Assembly: GCA_002269645.1 (NCBI GenBank)
Contig: NIVC01000340.1
Coordinates: 248,001-312,000 of the forward strand
DNA length: 64,000 nucleotides
Source: Macrostomum lignano
Taxonomy: Eukaryota
Direction of reading: 5' to 3'
Under the pieces are notes generated by a model. It was given only the letters and a program-made list of their open reading frames with translations, did no database searches and was not told the origin of the DNA. A program made the translations under genes and the position numbers. This document shows positions 13,325 to 24,915 of the stretch, in pieces. Position 1 is the first letter of the stretch; the number at the start of each line of letters is the position of its first letter.

Positions 13325-13740
13325 TAACCAATGATAAAAAAATTGTCGGGAGAGTAAAGGAAAGTTTGGGGCAACTCCAGCCAATGAGTGTGGAGCTTTG
13401 GCAGAGAAGGGAGGAAGATGTGTAAGACCATTACAGCCAATGAGAGCGAAGCTTGAGGAGCGGGAGAAGGAATATGTTTAAAACCATTACAGCCAATGAG
13501 AGCGAAGCTTAAGGAGCGGGGGAAGGAATATGTTTAAAACCATTTCAGCCAATGAGAGCGAAGCTTGAGGAGCGGGGAGGAAAATGTGTAAAACTATTTT
13601 AGCCTATGAAAGCGACGTCTCAGGAGGGGGAGGGAATGAAAAATGATTAAGACCATTTCAGCCAATGATAGCGGATATAGGGGAGAGGGGGACGGAAAAT
13701 GAATAGGACTATTTCAGTCAATAGTAGCAAAGCTTGGACC
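13325..13740 (+). repeat. Degenerate ~56-bp tandem repeat carrying CCAAT boxes, between TMEM205 and eIF3h
   Basis: AGCCAATGA at ~13379, 13436, 13492, 13548, 13660, plus degenerate copies. Confidence 0.85.
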
Positions 13741-13792
13741 TATTTTCAAAAAGAGAAATTATTAAACTTTCGATGCCTTCGTGAAAACAATC

Positions 13793-14326
13793 CTAACTAG
13801 ATTTTTTCACAGGAGTAGCATTTGAATTATCAGTTGGCAAACTGAAGCGCAACAGTAGCAGACGCAGATAAACAACGCTAATGCACATTTGCGCCATATT
13901 AATGGCCATACTGCAGCCGTGAAGTTTACGAAAACTTGGCGATTTAGCGTTCATAGCTCTGGTGACAGCTGGGCCCAGTACAAACTGGTGAGTTGCCGCC
14001 AATACTGTTGCCATTAGCAACGCGCCAGCATATCTGACGCCTGACGATTGCGGTAAAATAGCCCGATAACGAATAAGAAATATTAACAACAGACCCGAGT
14101 AAAGCATTGTCTGCACCATGAAGTACTTCGGAAGTAGTACACCCTGTACTTCTTTAAAAGTCTCAATATTAACGTTGCGAAATAAAGTTGGCCCGCTGAC
14201 CAGAGTCATCCAGAATTGCGTGCCTAACAAGAGAGCCCAGGTGAACAGGTGAACAGCATCAGTCCATGGACCGACGCTGCTAACATTGCCACCGATTCTC
14301 TGTTGCTGCTGCTGCTGACTGGGCAT
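13793..14326 (-). CDS. TMEM205: Transmembrane protein 205 (DUF4149), single exon, 177 aa
   Basis: VHLFTWALLLGTQFWMTLVSGPTLF...FKEVQGVLLPKYF and FRKLHGCSMAINM match the TMEM205 pattern; four hydrophobic segments. Confidence 0.85.
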   Translation of the reverse strand: MPSQQQQQQRIGGNVSSVGPWTDAVHLFTWALLLGTQFWMTLVSGPTLFRNVNIETFKEVQGVLLPKYFMVQTMLYSGLLLIFLIRYRAILPQSSGVRYAGALLMATVLAATHQFVLGPAVTRAMNAKSPSFRKLHGCSMAINMAQMCISVVYLRLLLLRFSLPTDNSNATPVKKSS

Positions 14327-15117
14327 ATTGATGAAGAACTACGAGTAGGGGTAACTTGAGTGCTTTCGGCTTAAGGAAGCATGAATAGAATATTTGGTCA
14401 GTCTGATAGTCTTTGCATCCTTGAAAGCAATTATTAAATAATGCCAGTATTCCAAAAAAACTTATTAAAATCATACATGTACTTAGTTTACTATAGTACT
14501 TACTTTTACTCTATTAAAACTGGGCAGAAAAAGCAAAGCGTAATTAAGAAGTTAATCAAAGTCATTTTAAAAGTACACATTTTTATTAAATCCGAATATA
14601 GGACTGAAAATATTTGACGCATACAGTAAACAGATAAAATCAATTTTAAACACGAATAGGCTATTCAAACTCACAAAAGCACCATACTGAGGAACTAGAT
14701 AGCACGTAGATTAATAAACTAAAAAACGCAATTATCAATTGCAGATATGAATAAAAACCGAGTTCAAAGTAAAAAGAGATGTCAAAATTCAAATACCTGA
14801 TGAAAATTATGTTTAATTTAAAAAAATGCTTTTCCATTAAATGTATGATATGAGCAGTCATCATAGAGTGACATTTTTTTATTAAAAAGGAATTTTATTT
14901 GCGTTTACGCAAGAAACTAAAAATATAAATGTGTCTAGAATAAGTAATATATTTTGAAATGACAGTGATTTCTTGCGAGATAACAAGAGCCTTAACGGAA
15001 AGGTAAATATTGACACTGGATGCATTTGAGGCGAAACATTGAGACGCATTTATTTGTACAAAAAAAAATTAACAAGTACATGTACACTGTGATTCGACTG
15101 ACTGCCTAACCATATAA

Positions 15118-16040
15118 TCCAGGCAACTGAGGATCTGGGAGACTGGCCCAGCAACTGAAACTCTATGAAGCTGTCCCAGCAACTGGGGATCTGGGAGGCT
15201 GCTGGCTCAGCAACTGAGTATCTGGGAGGCTGGCTCAGCAACTGACATCTGTGAGGCTGGCCCAGAAACTGAGGATCTGAGAGGCTGGCCAGGCAACTGA
15301 CATATGTGAGGCTGGCCCAGCAACTGAGGATCTGGGAGGCTGGCTCAGCAACTGACATATGTGAGGCTGGCCCAGCAACTGAGGATCTGGGAGGCTGGCC
15401 CAGCAACTGAGGATCTGGGAGGCTGGCTCAGCAACTGAGGATCTGGGAGGCTGGTGGCTCAGCAACTGATGATTTGGGAGGCTGGCCCAGCAACTGAGGA
15501 TCTGGGAGGCTGGTGGCCCAGCAACTGAGGATCTGGGAGGCTGGTGGCCCAGCAACTGGGGATCTGGGAGGCTGGTGGCTCAGCAACTGATGATTTGGGA
15601 GGCTGGCCCAGCAACTGAGGATCTGGGAGGCTGGTGGCCCAGCAACTGAGGATCTGGGAGGCTGGTGGCCCAGCAACTGGGGATCTGGGAGGCTGGTGGC
15701 TCAGCAACTGAGGATCTGGGAGGCTGGTGGCCCAGCAACTGGGGATCTGGGAGGCTGATGGCTCAGCAACTGAGGATCTGAGAGGCTGCTGGCCCAGCAA
15801 CTGAGGATCTGGGAGGCTGGCCCAGCAACTGAGGATCTGGGAGGCTGGCCCAGCAACTGAGGATCTGGGAGGCTTGCTCAGCAACTGAGGATCTGGGAGG
15901 CTGGTGGCTCAGCAACTGATGATTTGGGAGGCTGGCCCAGCAACTGAGGATCTGGGAGGCTGGTGGCCCAGCAACTGAGGATCTGGGAGGCTGGTGGCCC
16001 AGCAACTAATGATCTGGGAGGCTGGCCTAGTAACTGAGAA
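15118..16040 (-). repeat. Dispersed minisatellite family A, copy 2 (24/27-bp units)
   Basis: CCAGCAACTGAGGATCTGGGAGGCTGG on +; lies between the POT1-like stop and the TMEM205 start. Confidence 0.97.
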
Positions 16041-16187
16041 TCTGAGGGGAGGGGGTTGACGATGACCCATAAACTAAGAATTAAGGAGGGTGATAGCCAA
16101 AATGATCAGATCAAATGAGAAAGCACTTGTCTAGCTAACAAACAAGGAAACAGACGACACAATGGAACAATCTCTAAAGTCCGTCAA

Positions 16188-17411
16188 TCAAAAGATCCGC
16201 TCGATTCCATTGTCCAATTGGAAACAGACAGCGCCGTTGGCATTGCGAAAATAAGTCACTTGGACTAGTACGCGTCGACCCAACAGACTGTGCTGCAGTT
16301 GTCTAAGCACCTGATGTTGGCAAAAGTCTATTGCGTGTTCAACGTGCAATACTGTGCCAAGCAATCTCTCTGCGCTAGCATTGAACGCGTGAGCAAGGAT
16401 TCCGCTTGCGCTTACAGTAGACGAATCTTTTTCTGGCGATTTGCCCGCCTCATCATGACTAACATTTGACAGTAGCAATGCAATTCGTTTTTTAACTTGC
16501 ATCGGCAATCCTGTCGGACATTTGACACAATTTGGCGGCTTGTAATCTCGGCTGAGAGTGGAGGTGACTGTTTGAACTTGATTGCAGGTAGAGCAAGACA
16601 GCCACACTAATAAATCTGGTACACTGGGCATCAGCTTTGCGACTTTTGCTAAGCACAGGCCAATATTGCAAGCAGTTGATGGCAATGACACGGCTAAGGA
16701 TAGCAGCTCGTTAACTGACAATTCAGGTCCAAGGGTCCCCAAATGTTTCTCACGCTTACTGCAGTCGATTATTTGTTCAGTTTCATCTGTTTTGCTAAGA
16801 ATTTGCTTATTGGGCAGGCTCAGCTGACTGTTACCATTATGATCCAGCTTTAATAGTGCATTAGCTGCTGTACTGTTGCCAAATGAAGCTAGCTTACTAT
16901 TAGCTGTGGATTTACCAACGGCTCGACACCTGAGCTGGTACTGATGCCATACAAACAGACGCGTCACTGTACGCAAATCAGCCTCAGTAACATTGGCACC
17001 AATTCGAAGATTGAGACTGCCTCTGTTGAAATGAACATTTGAAAATGTATAGACCACCGCGCCATCGCTTGGCAATATTAAAATTTGTGAGCCTTGAAAA
17101 CTAGCTCGATGCACAATGGCCACCCAGCCTGAGTGCAATTGAGGCAGGCCTCCGCACCCAGCCTTTCTTGGCCAGTTGCTAACAGCCATACATGACAAGC
17201 CATTTGGCACAGTAGGATCGCACAATCGAAATGCCACCTTTCTACTACTAATCCAAATGATGCGATTAACAATGCCAATCACGTGACAATTCAAATTCAG
17301 CCATGAGAAATGCAATAGAGCGGATAGTTGCACAAAATTGTATTGGTATATTTGTATTCTGTTAATTTTCTGATCATCTTTTTTCTTTTGCTGATGCCTG
17401 GTGACTGGCAT
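16188..17411 (-). CDS. POT1: POT1-like telomeric ssDNA-binding OB-fold protein, single coding exon, ~407 aa
   Basis: N-term fits POT1 OB1 (VIGIV...LCDPT...LSC...LPQL.SGWVAIVHR...VYTF). C-term has CSTC/CVKC zinc ligands and a ..VQVTYF..NG.VCFQ. end like POT1 OB3. ATG at 17411 downstream of a CCTCAG acceptor. Confidence 0.62.
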   Translation of the reverse strand: MPVTRHQQKKKDDQKINRIQIYQYNFVQLSALLHFSWLNLNCHVIGIVNRIIWISSRKVAFRLCDPTVPNGLSCMAVSNWPRKAGCGGLPQLHSGWVAIVHRASFQGSQILILPSDGAVVYTFSNVHFNRGSLNLRIGANVTEADLRTVTRLFVWHQYQLRCRAVGKSTANSKLASFGNSTAANALLKLDHNGNSQLSLPNKQILSKTDETEQIIDCSKREKHLGTLGPELSVNELLSLAVSLPSTACNIGLCLAKVAKLMPSVPDLLVWLSCSTCNQVQTVTSTLSRDYKPPNCVKCPTGLPMQVKKRIALLLSNVSHDEAGKSPEKDSSTVSASGILAHAFNASAERLLGTVLHVEHAIDFCQHQVLRQLQHSLLGRRVLVQVTYFRNANGAVCFQLDNGIERIF

Positions 17412-18199
17412 GGACAACTATTTCAATGACAACCTGAGGAAGCAAAGATAGTAGCACAGATAAACAAAAAAGGAATTTAAATAATGAGTAAGAAGTGAAG
17501 TGCATACACCACTGTTTCAATAAAATAATGTTTTCTCTAAAACATTTATATTTAGCTAAGATTAACTGTAGAAACAGTGCATCTACTTCCTAGCATAATA
17601 GAATTAATTGCTCAATTGCTCTGGCAAAAAAACAATTATACAAAAAGCTCAATGCATATCAATATACAACCCATTGTCATCAATATAAACCTTCTTACAA
17701 GTATCTAAAAAATTACTCCATTTTAGTAACCAAAAAAACTAACATGCTGCACAATGGGCTATGAAATAACTGTGGCTAAGCTGTTGGTTGCACTTTAATT
17801 ATTATTATTATTATTACTATTATTATTATTAGCATCATTAACTAAACATTTCCCAAATAAACTATATAATAAAGAAAATAATGTTCAACATATCTTATAC
17901 TTGCTAAAAAATTAGGTATCTGGCCCAACCCATTGTCATCTGGCCAGTGCTGCCACTCAATGGTTGGTAGAGGTTTGCCTGACTGCTTTCCTCAGTGAGG
18001 GCTGCCAACAGCAATTAGAGAGTATATTTAGTAAGGTGACATGACATGATTAAAGCTAAGGCTGCTTTTACAAGCTCAAACTCTAGCTTTTAATTGGTAA
18101 CTAGAGGTCATGATCTTATATTAATAAGAGGTGGCTTTGGTGATTGCACTATACAAATAGAGGAATTCAGCTGATTATAAGAAAATGCTATATTGGCAG

Positions 18200-19220
18200 A
18201 CTAAGTTGGCCATTTTATTTTTTTAATTGAAATATATGCAAAAATCATTGAGCAAAATTTATGTATCAAACTAAGCATCATCAACTCTGCTCTGGATGAT
18301 TTGCTTGAATTGGCTTTATCTGGACATGGATGATGTCAAAGGAAAAAGTGAAATGTGCAACACTATATTCTGCACTGATCCTTTGAATCTGATTAACAGA
18401 ATGATAGCATGTTGTCAAGTGAGTATAGATGATGGCACATTGATAAAAGTTGACATTGATAGCAGAGTCAACTTCTTGAAGATCAGCCTACTATATGCCA
18501 AAAGCAGAAGGTATATGCCTGAAGGTGTATCTTTATCCATTGTAAAGATAGGAAGTTCACTAATTCCTGCTTGCCATTGTTAAATCTGTTTCTGATTCCT
18601 ATAAGCTATAGCAGATCATAAATCATTTTTATCTGCAAAGATTTTTATTCTGTGCAGCAGTTGACATGAAAAGTTCTAATGCAATCCTGTGATTTTAGTG
18701 CTGCAGAACCATTTATCTATGACTACAAGATCATTTTTAAATCCAGGCCAAATGAACATACTAATACAGCTGCACCTATTTGGTATGACTAATCAACTAT
18801 TTGAAGAACTAGACATTTAAATACAAGCATTCTACAATCATCAAATTAGCACCAATAACTAGCTAGCTCAGATTGGTTTTGGAGACCATAGCAACACAGT
18901 AAGAAATCCTATGTTGCTTCTGCAATTTAAAAGCACTTTGCTTTGACATTGAGTATGTATTGAGACCTAAAGAATTGTCATGGCATTTGAAGAAGCCTGT
19001 CATGATCTTGGAATCCACATCATTCCAAAAGTCTATGCTGCTTTTGACCACATTTGTCTAGTTTTTGAATATGTCCAATCTAAGTGGAAAACCCAAGAAA
19101 GTTGAAACTGCATACCATGATTTCAACAAAATATGGCAATACTTTAGACTGATTTTCATTATCAATCATATATAGATTGACTATCCAAATGTGTTGGTGC
19201 ATATTGCTATTGTCATGTTT
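18200..19220 (+). pseudogene. Decayed DDE transposase, Transib/RAG1-like type
   Basis: Collinear fragments across frameshifts and stops: KVDIDSRVNFLKISL (~18446), FLLAIVKSVSDSY (~18564), AVDMKSSNAIL (~18656), AFEEACHDLGIHIIPKVYAAFDHI (~18983), VETAYHDFNKIWQYF (~19101). Confidence 0.55.
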
Positions 19221-22200
19221 AAATAAAGTATGATTTAGAAACACGCCTTTGCTTTTTTTCAATTGCAGAAGAAATTTTTCTTCATGCTATAAACATGTCA
19301 TCTATTTTAAAGACTTTCTTCTAATACTGCTAATAAAGAGGACAATAAATAGCTAATGGTAACTGAGCTATGATAGAGAATTCTTGGTGTTTTATTGCTG
19401 TTATATTATAAGTAGTTTTTTAGCTCTATAGTTATTGTCATTATATCTTTCATTTTACTTTGTACTTGCAATTAGGTACATTTGTTGTTTTTTATATTTT
19501 TTGTATTGTTGCCTATATTGATTTTCAATTTTGATTGTTCTTAGACCAGGGCAATGGTTTTGGAAAATACTAATACCACTATTCAGCAACCGGTGAATGG
19601 CAGAACTAGCCTGAAAATGTCTTAAGAAAGAAGCAAGCCTATTTGCAATGTGTCAATCTGAGTTGTGGGCATCTCAGAATATGAGAAATTCTTTCAAATT
19701 TTAATGTGGCTTTGATAGCTATTGATGCAAACAAAAAAGTCAATGGGGCTATCTGTCTTAAGTCAATAGCATATCCTGAGATTTATCTGGCCTAAGATGA
19801 CTGAGTCAGCATGACCTATATGGCTTATATGTGACCCCAAATAAGAGTAGATTTCTTAGCCAGACTGTCTTCACTAGTTCAGTGCAACATAAGCCTAAAG
19901 TTTATATTTATAGCAACTTATATATATAGTATGATATAGTGGATTAGTATGAAGGCTACTAATTACTTAGGCTAAGATAAAAAGCACAAGATACAATTAA
20001 ATGCAGCCTAAAAAGTCCCAATGGCCATACATTCCTATTGTTTGATTTGTTAAGAGAATGTAACTGGACATATGCCACTCTTGAAAAACATTTTCTTAGC
20101 AAGAAATAGCTGGATTACATAGTGCATTTGCTAGCATATTGGCAATTGCAACCTTAGCACATCAATGATTGTATTATTCCTAGAGCCAATAGGCATCAAA
20201 CTGTGACCAATGTCATTAGCAAATGTTAGCAGGAGCCTACATAGCATCAGAAATACCTATCACTTGCACCAGCCATACCATAGCAATTTTGCTAGAAGTT
20301 TCAACATGCAGGTTGCAGCATTGCCATTTAGCTGCAGCTAAGAAGAGAAAAACTGTATGTTCTAGCCAATTGATAATCATCTGATGAATAAATAATTTAA
20401 TCATAAATACTGATTAAATTGTTTTAGATCTGGGTATTTACTTTTGTGAAATGGCAAATCTAAAGCAGCTCTGATTTAATTGGAATCTAATAATTCATTT
20501 AATTATTCAATAATAATTTCTATATTTGTAAGTTAATAAATTACAAAATTAATTATCATTATGTTGCATTGTTTATGAAACTTTTTTCTATATAAAGTGC
20601 ATCTAGAAAAGATAAACTACAAAATATACTTGTAACATACTTATAATATTTAAATATTAGTGTCAAAACAATAGCATTTTTACTTAAAGAAGAGAGGCAA
20701 AAAAGCAAATGCAAGGCATATAGATGTAGTTAGCTATGTGGAAGAACATCAAATTTTCAAAACATACTACTTACAGTAGACTAAAAGGATTTTATTCAAA
20801 AATATAATGCAATTGCCTAGCATGGTCCTACCAAGGATGCCAGGTAGGCCAACATTTGTTACATCTAAAATCTATCTCCCCAACCAAATGTGAACAGTTT
20901 CTAGAACATTAAGCTGTAGCTGTCCTTTTGTTACAGATACACCTACCTGATTAAAGGCATGGGTATAGTGGAAAAGCAACCATAGGGTCAAATAGGTAAT
21001 AGAATTGCAAGAAAATGATATTTGCAAACCATTTGCTAAATAATAGAATCATTCCAACATAAGTCAAAACATCAACAATATTTGCTTGCAATGTTTATTT
21101 GAGAAATATTTAGGCTGTCTATCAATCATGTCTAATGGGAGAATAATTTTTAACTAAAGTAAATGATGTCTAGTTTAAGAGAAGTGAGATAGCTAAAACA
21201 AATGATATATATTTATAGTATGTGCAATTGGCTAAAGGCATTTTGCACATATTCATAGAAAGCAGCTCCACAATTTTGGCTCCTATAAGTAAATTATTAA
21301 TCATTGATACACATTCAATTTCATGTTTTTTACATATTTACAAGCATGAATTTGCATTTGTATTTATAGCTTAGACTATAGATAGCAGCTGCTAGCTGCT
21401 ATGAAGCCAGAAACTTACTCTTACACTTACTCTCTTATACTCTCATACTCACTAGCAATCAGTAAAATAATATAGTATATATATCATGTTGCATACTAAA
21501 TTAATATGGCTTAGGTTAACTTGACTATGTTAATATAGTTTTAATAATATTTTATGGTACTATTGATTTACTAGTCATTTCATAGCCTTTTAGATTTGCA
21601 AACATATTTGTAGGGCAATATCTGCATATAATGACCCCAGAACTTTAATGAAACATCTTTTTATACAAAAATTTAGATTGCAAAGCCATAAGCTCCTAGC
21701 AGTTCTGTGTATCTATAATAAATCTACTATGAAAAGTGTAGTGACTGTAAGGTTATGGTTCTTATATGTGCAAGTGTTATCATAGTTGTAACATAGACAT
21801 TGTTGCAATATTCTAGCTAAAAAATTTTAGGCATATAAAAAATCTCTTTAATATTCGTCAATTCTAAGTTCACACTTAGAGCCACAAACAAATATTAATG
21901 ATGATGATGAGGTCCAAAACTAATGCAGAAAATAACAAGAAGTAGCAGGATAGCCATATTTATAAGTATGGAGAGAAAGAGAAAGTTTGCAAGAAAGTTC
22001 AATGACAGATGGCAAACCAAGAGCAGGTAAGAACAGGTAGCAAATCAGTGTGCATATACAAAGATTTGTGTGTTGAGATTCTAAACGAAGCAGCAAATCA
22101 TTAAAGCTTTTGCTTTGGCTGAGCAACAGCAGCAGACATAAGAAGCACTAGCTTTCAGCAAGCAATGCTCTCAGACCTGGGCTATAATCAAATAAGTGTA

Positions 22201-23599
22201 AAATGAATCATGTCCTCAGTTCTGAATGTAAGACTTGAATGTACAGTTTTACAGTTCTGAATTATATCTAATAACCTCATTAGGTGTTTAACAGCACAGC
22301 AAACAATGCCAAGCTGACACCAGACTATTATTTGCCAGGTAAGCTACTACAATTAGTTTGCAACTAGTCAAAAAAGTTCTATCATGCCATTGCCAAACAA
22401 ATTTTGCCTAAAGTCTACAAAGTTGTTACTAAGTTTTATAAGCATGATTATATATTGTGCTAGACTCCTAGGGTATAAGGAATTTATTAAAATTGCTGGA
22501 AAGTGCATGCAAAAGCTCTATCTTGTGATTCAAATGAAGGAACTTTACTAAATGGTCCACAAAAGGCTCTAAGAGTTTTGCACTCTACAACTGGCCCATA
22601 TGCTACTATAAGGAGACACTTGATTAAAAGCATGCTGTTGCACCTAGATGGAACTTTTGCAACAGAAGAAAAGAAGCAAGAGGTATCAGAAAAACAGAAG
22701 CAGCAAGGGAACAATAGAGGCATTATTATTAGAAAGTGGAAGCAAAAGAATCAGAAGCAGATTTGATGACAAAAGAAACAGAATGGACACTAATGAAAGC
22801 AAGAGACAATCTTGAAAATTGAGGTTATACAAGCATATTTGTATCAAAAAGATAATTCTATTAAGTTTGGCATTTTCTTTGTTTTTTTCATTTAATTATA
22901 TAATGTTTAATTATTGTTTAAAGAAGGTCAATGCCAATGTGTATATTGCCAGTGGAAATTGGGGAAGCAAGGTAGCAAAAATGTTAGCCAGCTGACTGAA
23001 ATCCAAGGAGTGCATACATGCGCAACTTCTGAAATTACGCTGGCCGTGCAACTTAGTTTTCGATAAAAAATGCGACTTACCTATGAAAGAGCCAAGCAAA
23101 AACTTTAGGTAAACGACAGGAGTAACTATGACCATATTTTTAAAGCTAAATGCCTCGCCAGCTAATTAGTGCTGCGTGCAGATTTCGCGTTTTTATAATA
23201 GCTAATCAGTATGTCATCTAGTGGCGGCATGAAGCAATTAGTAAATTGTCAGTACAGTGTAGTGAGCATACTACAAAAGTCATGATTCATGAATGTCCAG
23301 AAGTAAGTGAAGTGAATACAGTGTGACCTATAGCTCAAGAACGATTTGCTAAACGATTTGGCATGGAAGATGAGAGCCCTGATTCAGATGGCTCATCAGA
23401 TGCAGAATACGAATCCAGTAGAGATACAAGCTGTGAAAACCCACAGATTTTTAAACCACTGAATTCTAATTCCCGGAACTATTTTTGCATAGATTCTAAA
23501 TTTGAAGTCATGCTCAAACAAAAACTTGTTAACAGTTAGGAAAAAGGCAAAGATGGGAGTAATGCATGTTAAACTAAGATTTGAGGCCTTTGCAAATTC

Positions 23600-24198
23600 T
23601 CTCCATTCCTCAATCTTCTCATCCTCTTTTTCTTTTCTCTCTTATCCCTTATCCCTTCTCTCTTTCCTCTCCTCTCTCCTCTCTTTCCTCTCCTCTCTCT
23701 TCTTTATCCTCTCTTCTCTCATCTACTCTCTCCTCTTTCCTCTTTCCTCTCTTCTGATCTCATCTATCATCTTTTCTTTTCTCTTTCCTCTAATCTCCTC
23801 TTCTCTCTCATCTCTTTTTCCTCCCTCAGCTTTTCTCTCCTCTTCTATCTTTTCTCCCATCGCATCGCTCGCCTCTCCTCTGTTTGCTTATCTCTAATCT
23901 TCTATTCCCTCTACTTTGAAGTAAGAAAATATGCACATATTTTTGCTGAAGATAAGAGGAGAGAAGAGGGCATTGAGGAGAAAGGGTAGAGAGAAAGGGG
24001 GAGAAGAGAGGAGAGTAAAAATGAGAGGAGAGAGAAGAGGGAAAGGGGGGAGAGAGAGAAGAGGGGAGGCAAGGTAGAGAAGAAGAGAGAGATGAGAGTT
24101 GAAGAGACACCAACCTTGCTGGTTAGGAAGTTTCAAAGAACCCGAGGGGCGAGGGCCAGATAGAGGGGCTTCGTGAGCCGGAGTTTGCCAAACCCTGC
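23600..24198. mobile_element. hAT-like non-autonomous element remnant with CT-rich and GA-rich arms
   Basis: Ends ...GCCGGAGTTTGCCAAACCCTG, a hAT-type TIR related to the end at 33068; left boundary unclear. Confidence 0.5.
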
Positions 24199-24339
24199 TC
24201 CAGAGTTTAAGAAATCAATGGGAAACTGTTGACGCGGGCTTCTGATTTCAAAGATCTTGTCTATTGTTGAAGGCTTCTATTCTGTTTTTGCTCTCTTGCC
24301 ACACTTGCACCTACTACCCCCTGATTGCCTCTGATTGTG

Positions 24340-24915
24340 ACTTACTTCCCTCTTATTGCGACTTAGTTGCTTCTTTTTGTGACTTACCTAATCCTTTTTG
24401 CGACTTACCTAATCCTTTTTGCGACTTACTTAATCCTTTTTGCAACTTACCTAATCCTTTTTGCGACTTACCTAATCCTTTTTGCGACTTACTTAATCCT
24501 TTTTGCAACTTACTTAATCCTTTTTGCAACTTACCTAATCCTTTTTGCAACTTACCTAATCCTTTTTGCGACTTACCTAATCCTTTTTGCGACTTACTTA
24601 ATCCTTTTTGCGACTTACTTAATCCTTTTTGCAACTTACCTAATCCTTTTTGCGACTTACCTGATTCTTTTTGCGACTTACCTAATCCTTTTTACGACTT
24701 ACCTAATCCTTTTTGCGACTTACCTAATCCTTTTGCGACTTACCTAATCCTTTTTGCGACTTACCTAATCCTTTTTGCGACTTACCTAACCCTTTTGCAA
24801 CTTACCTGATCCTTTTTGCGACTTAGTTTGCTTCTTTTGTGACTTACCTGATTCCTGTTGCGACTTACCTGATCCTTTTTGCGACATACCTGATTATTTT
24901 TACAACTTAGTTTGC
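24340..24915. repeat. 21-bp minisatellite (TGCGACTTACCTAATCCTTTT)
   Basis: ~26 copies; minus strand reads AGGTAAGTCG in most units. Confidence 0.96.

Noticed and set aside
15050-16005. ORFs of SCWASLPDPQLLGQPPRSSVAGP type (also 3175-3578, 54299-54986, 57126-57767)
   Set aside because: Translations of the 24-bp family-A minisatellite; open only because the unit is a multiple of 3 and lacks stops
19500-22900. Possible further decayed coding relics (LINE or other TE)
   Set aside because: Partial open stretches, but no motif I could assign with confidence
23210-23230. CTCF-like motif (CCACTAGATGACA on minus)
   Set aside because: Single imperfect match; not distinguishable from chance
23363-23539. 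Short acidic ORF MEDESPDSDGSSDAEYE resembling a piggyBac-type N-terminus
   Set aside because: 58 codons, no catalytic region, TIR or TTAA evidence
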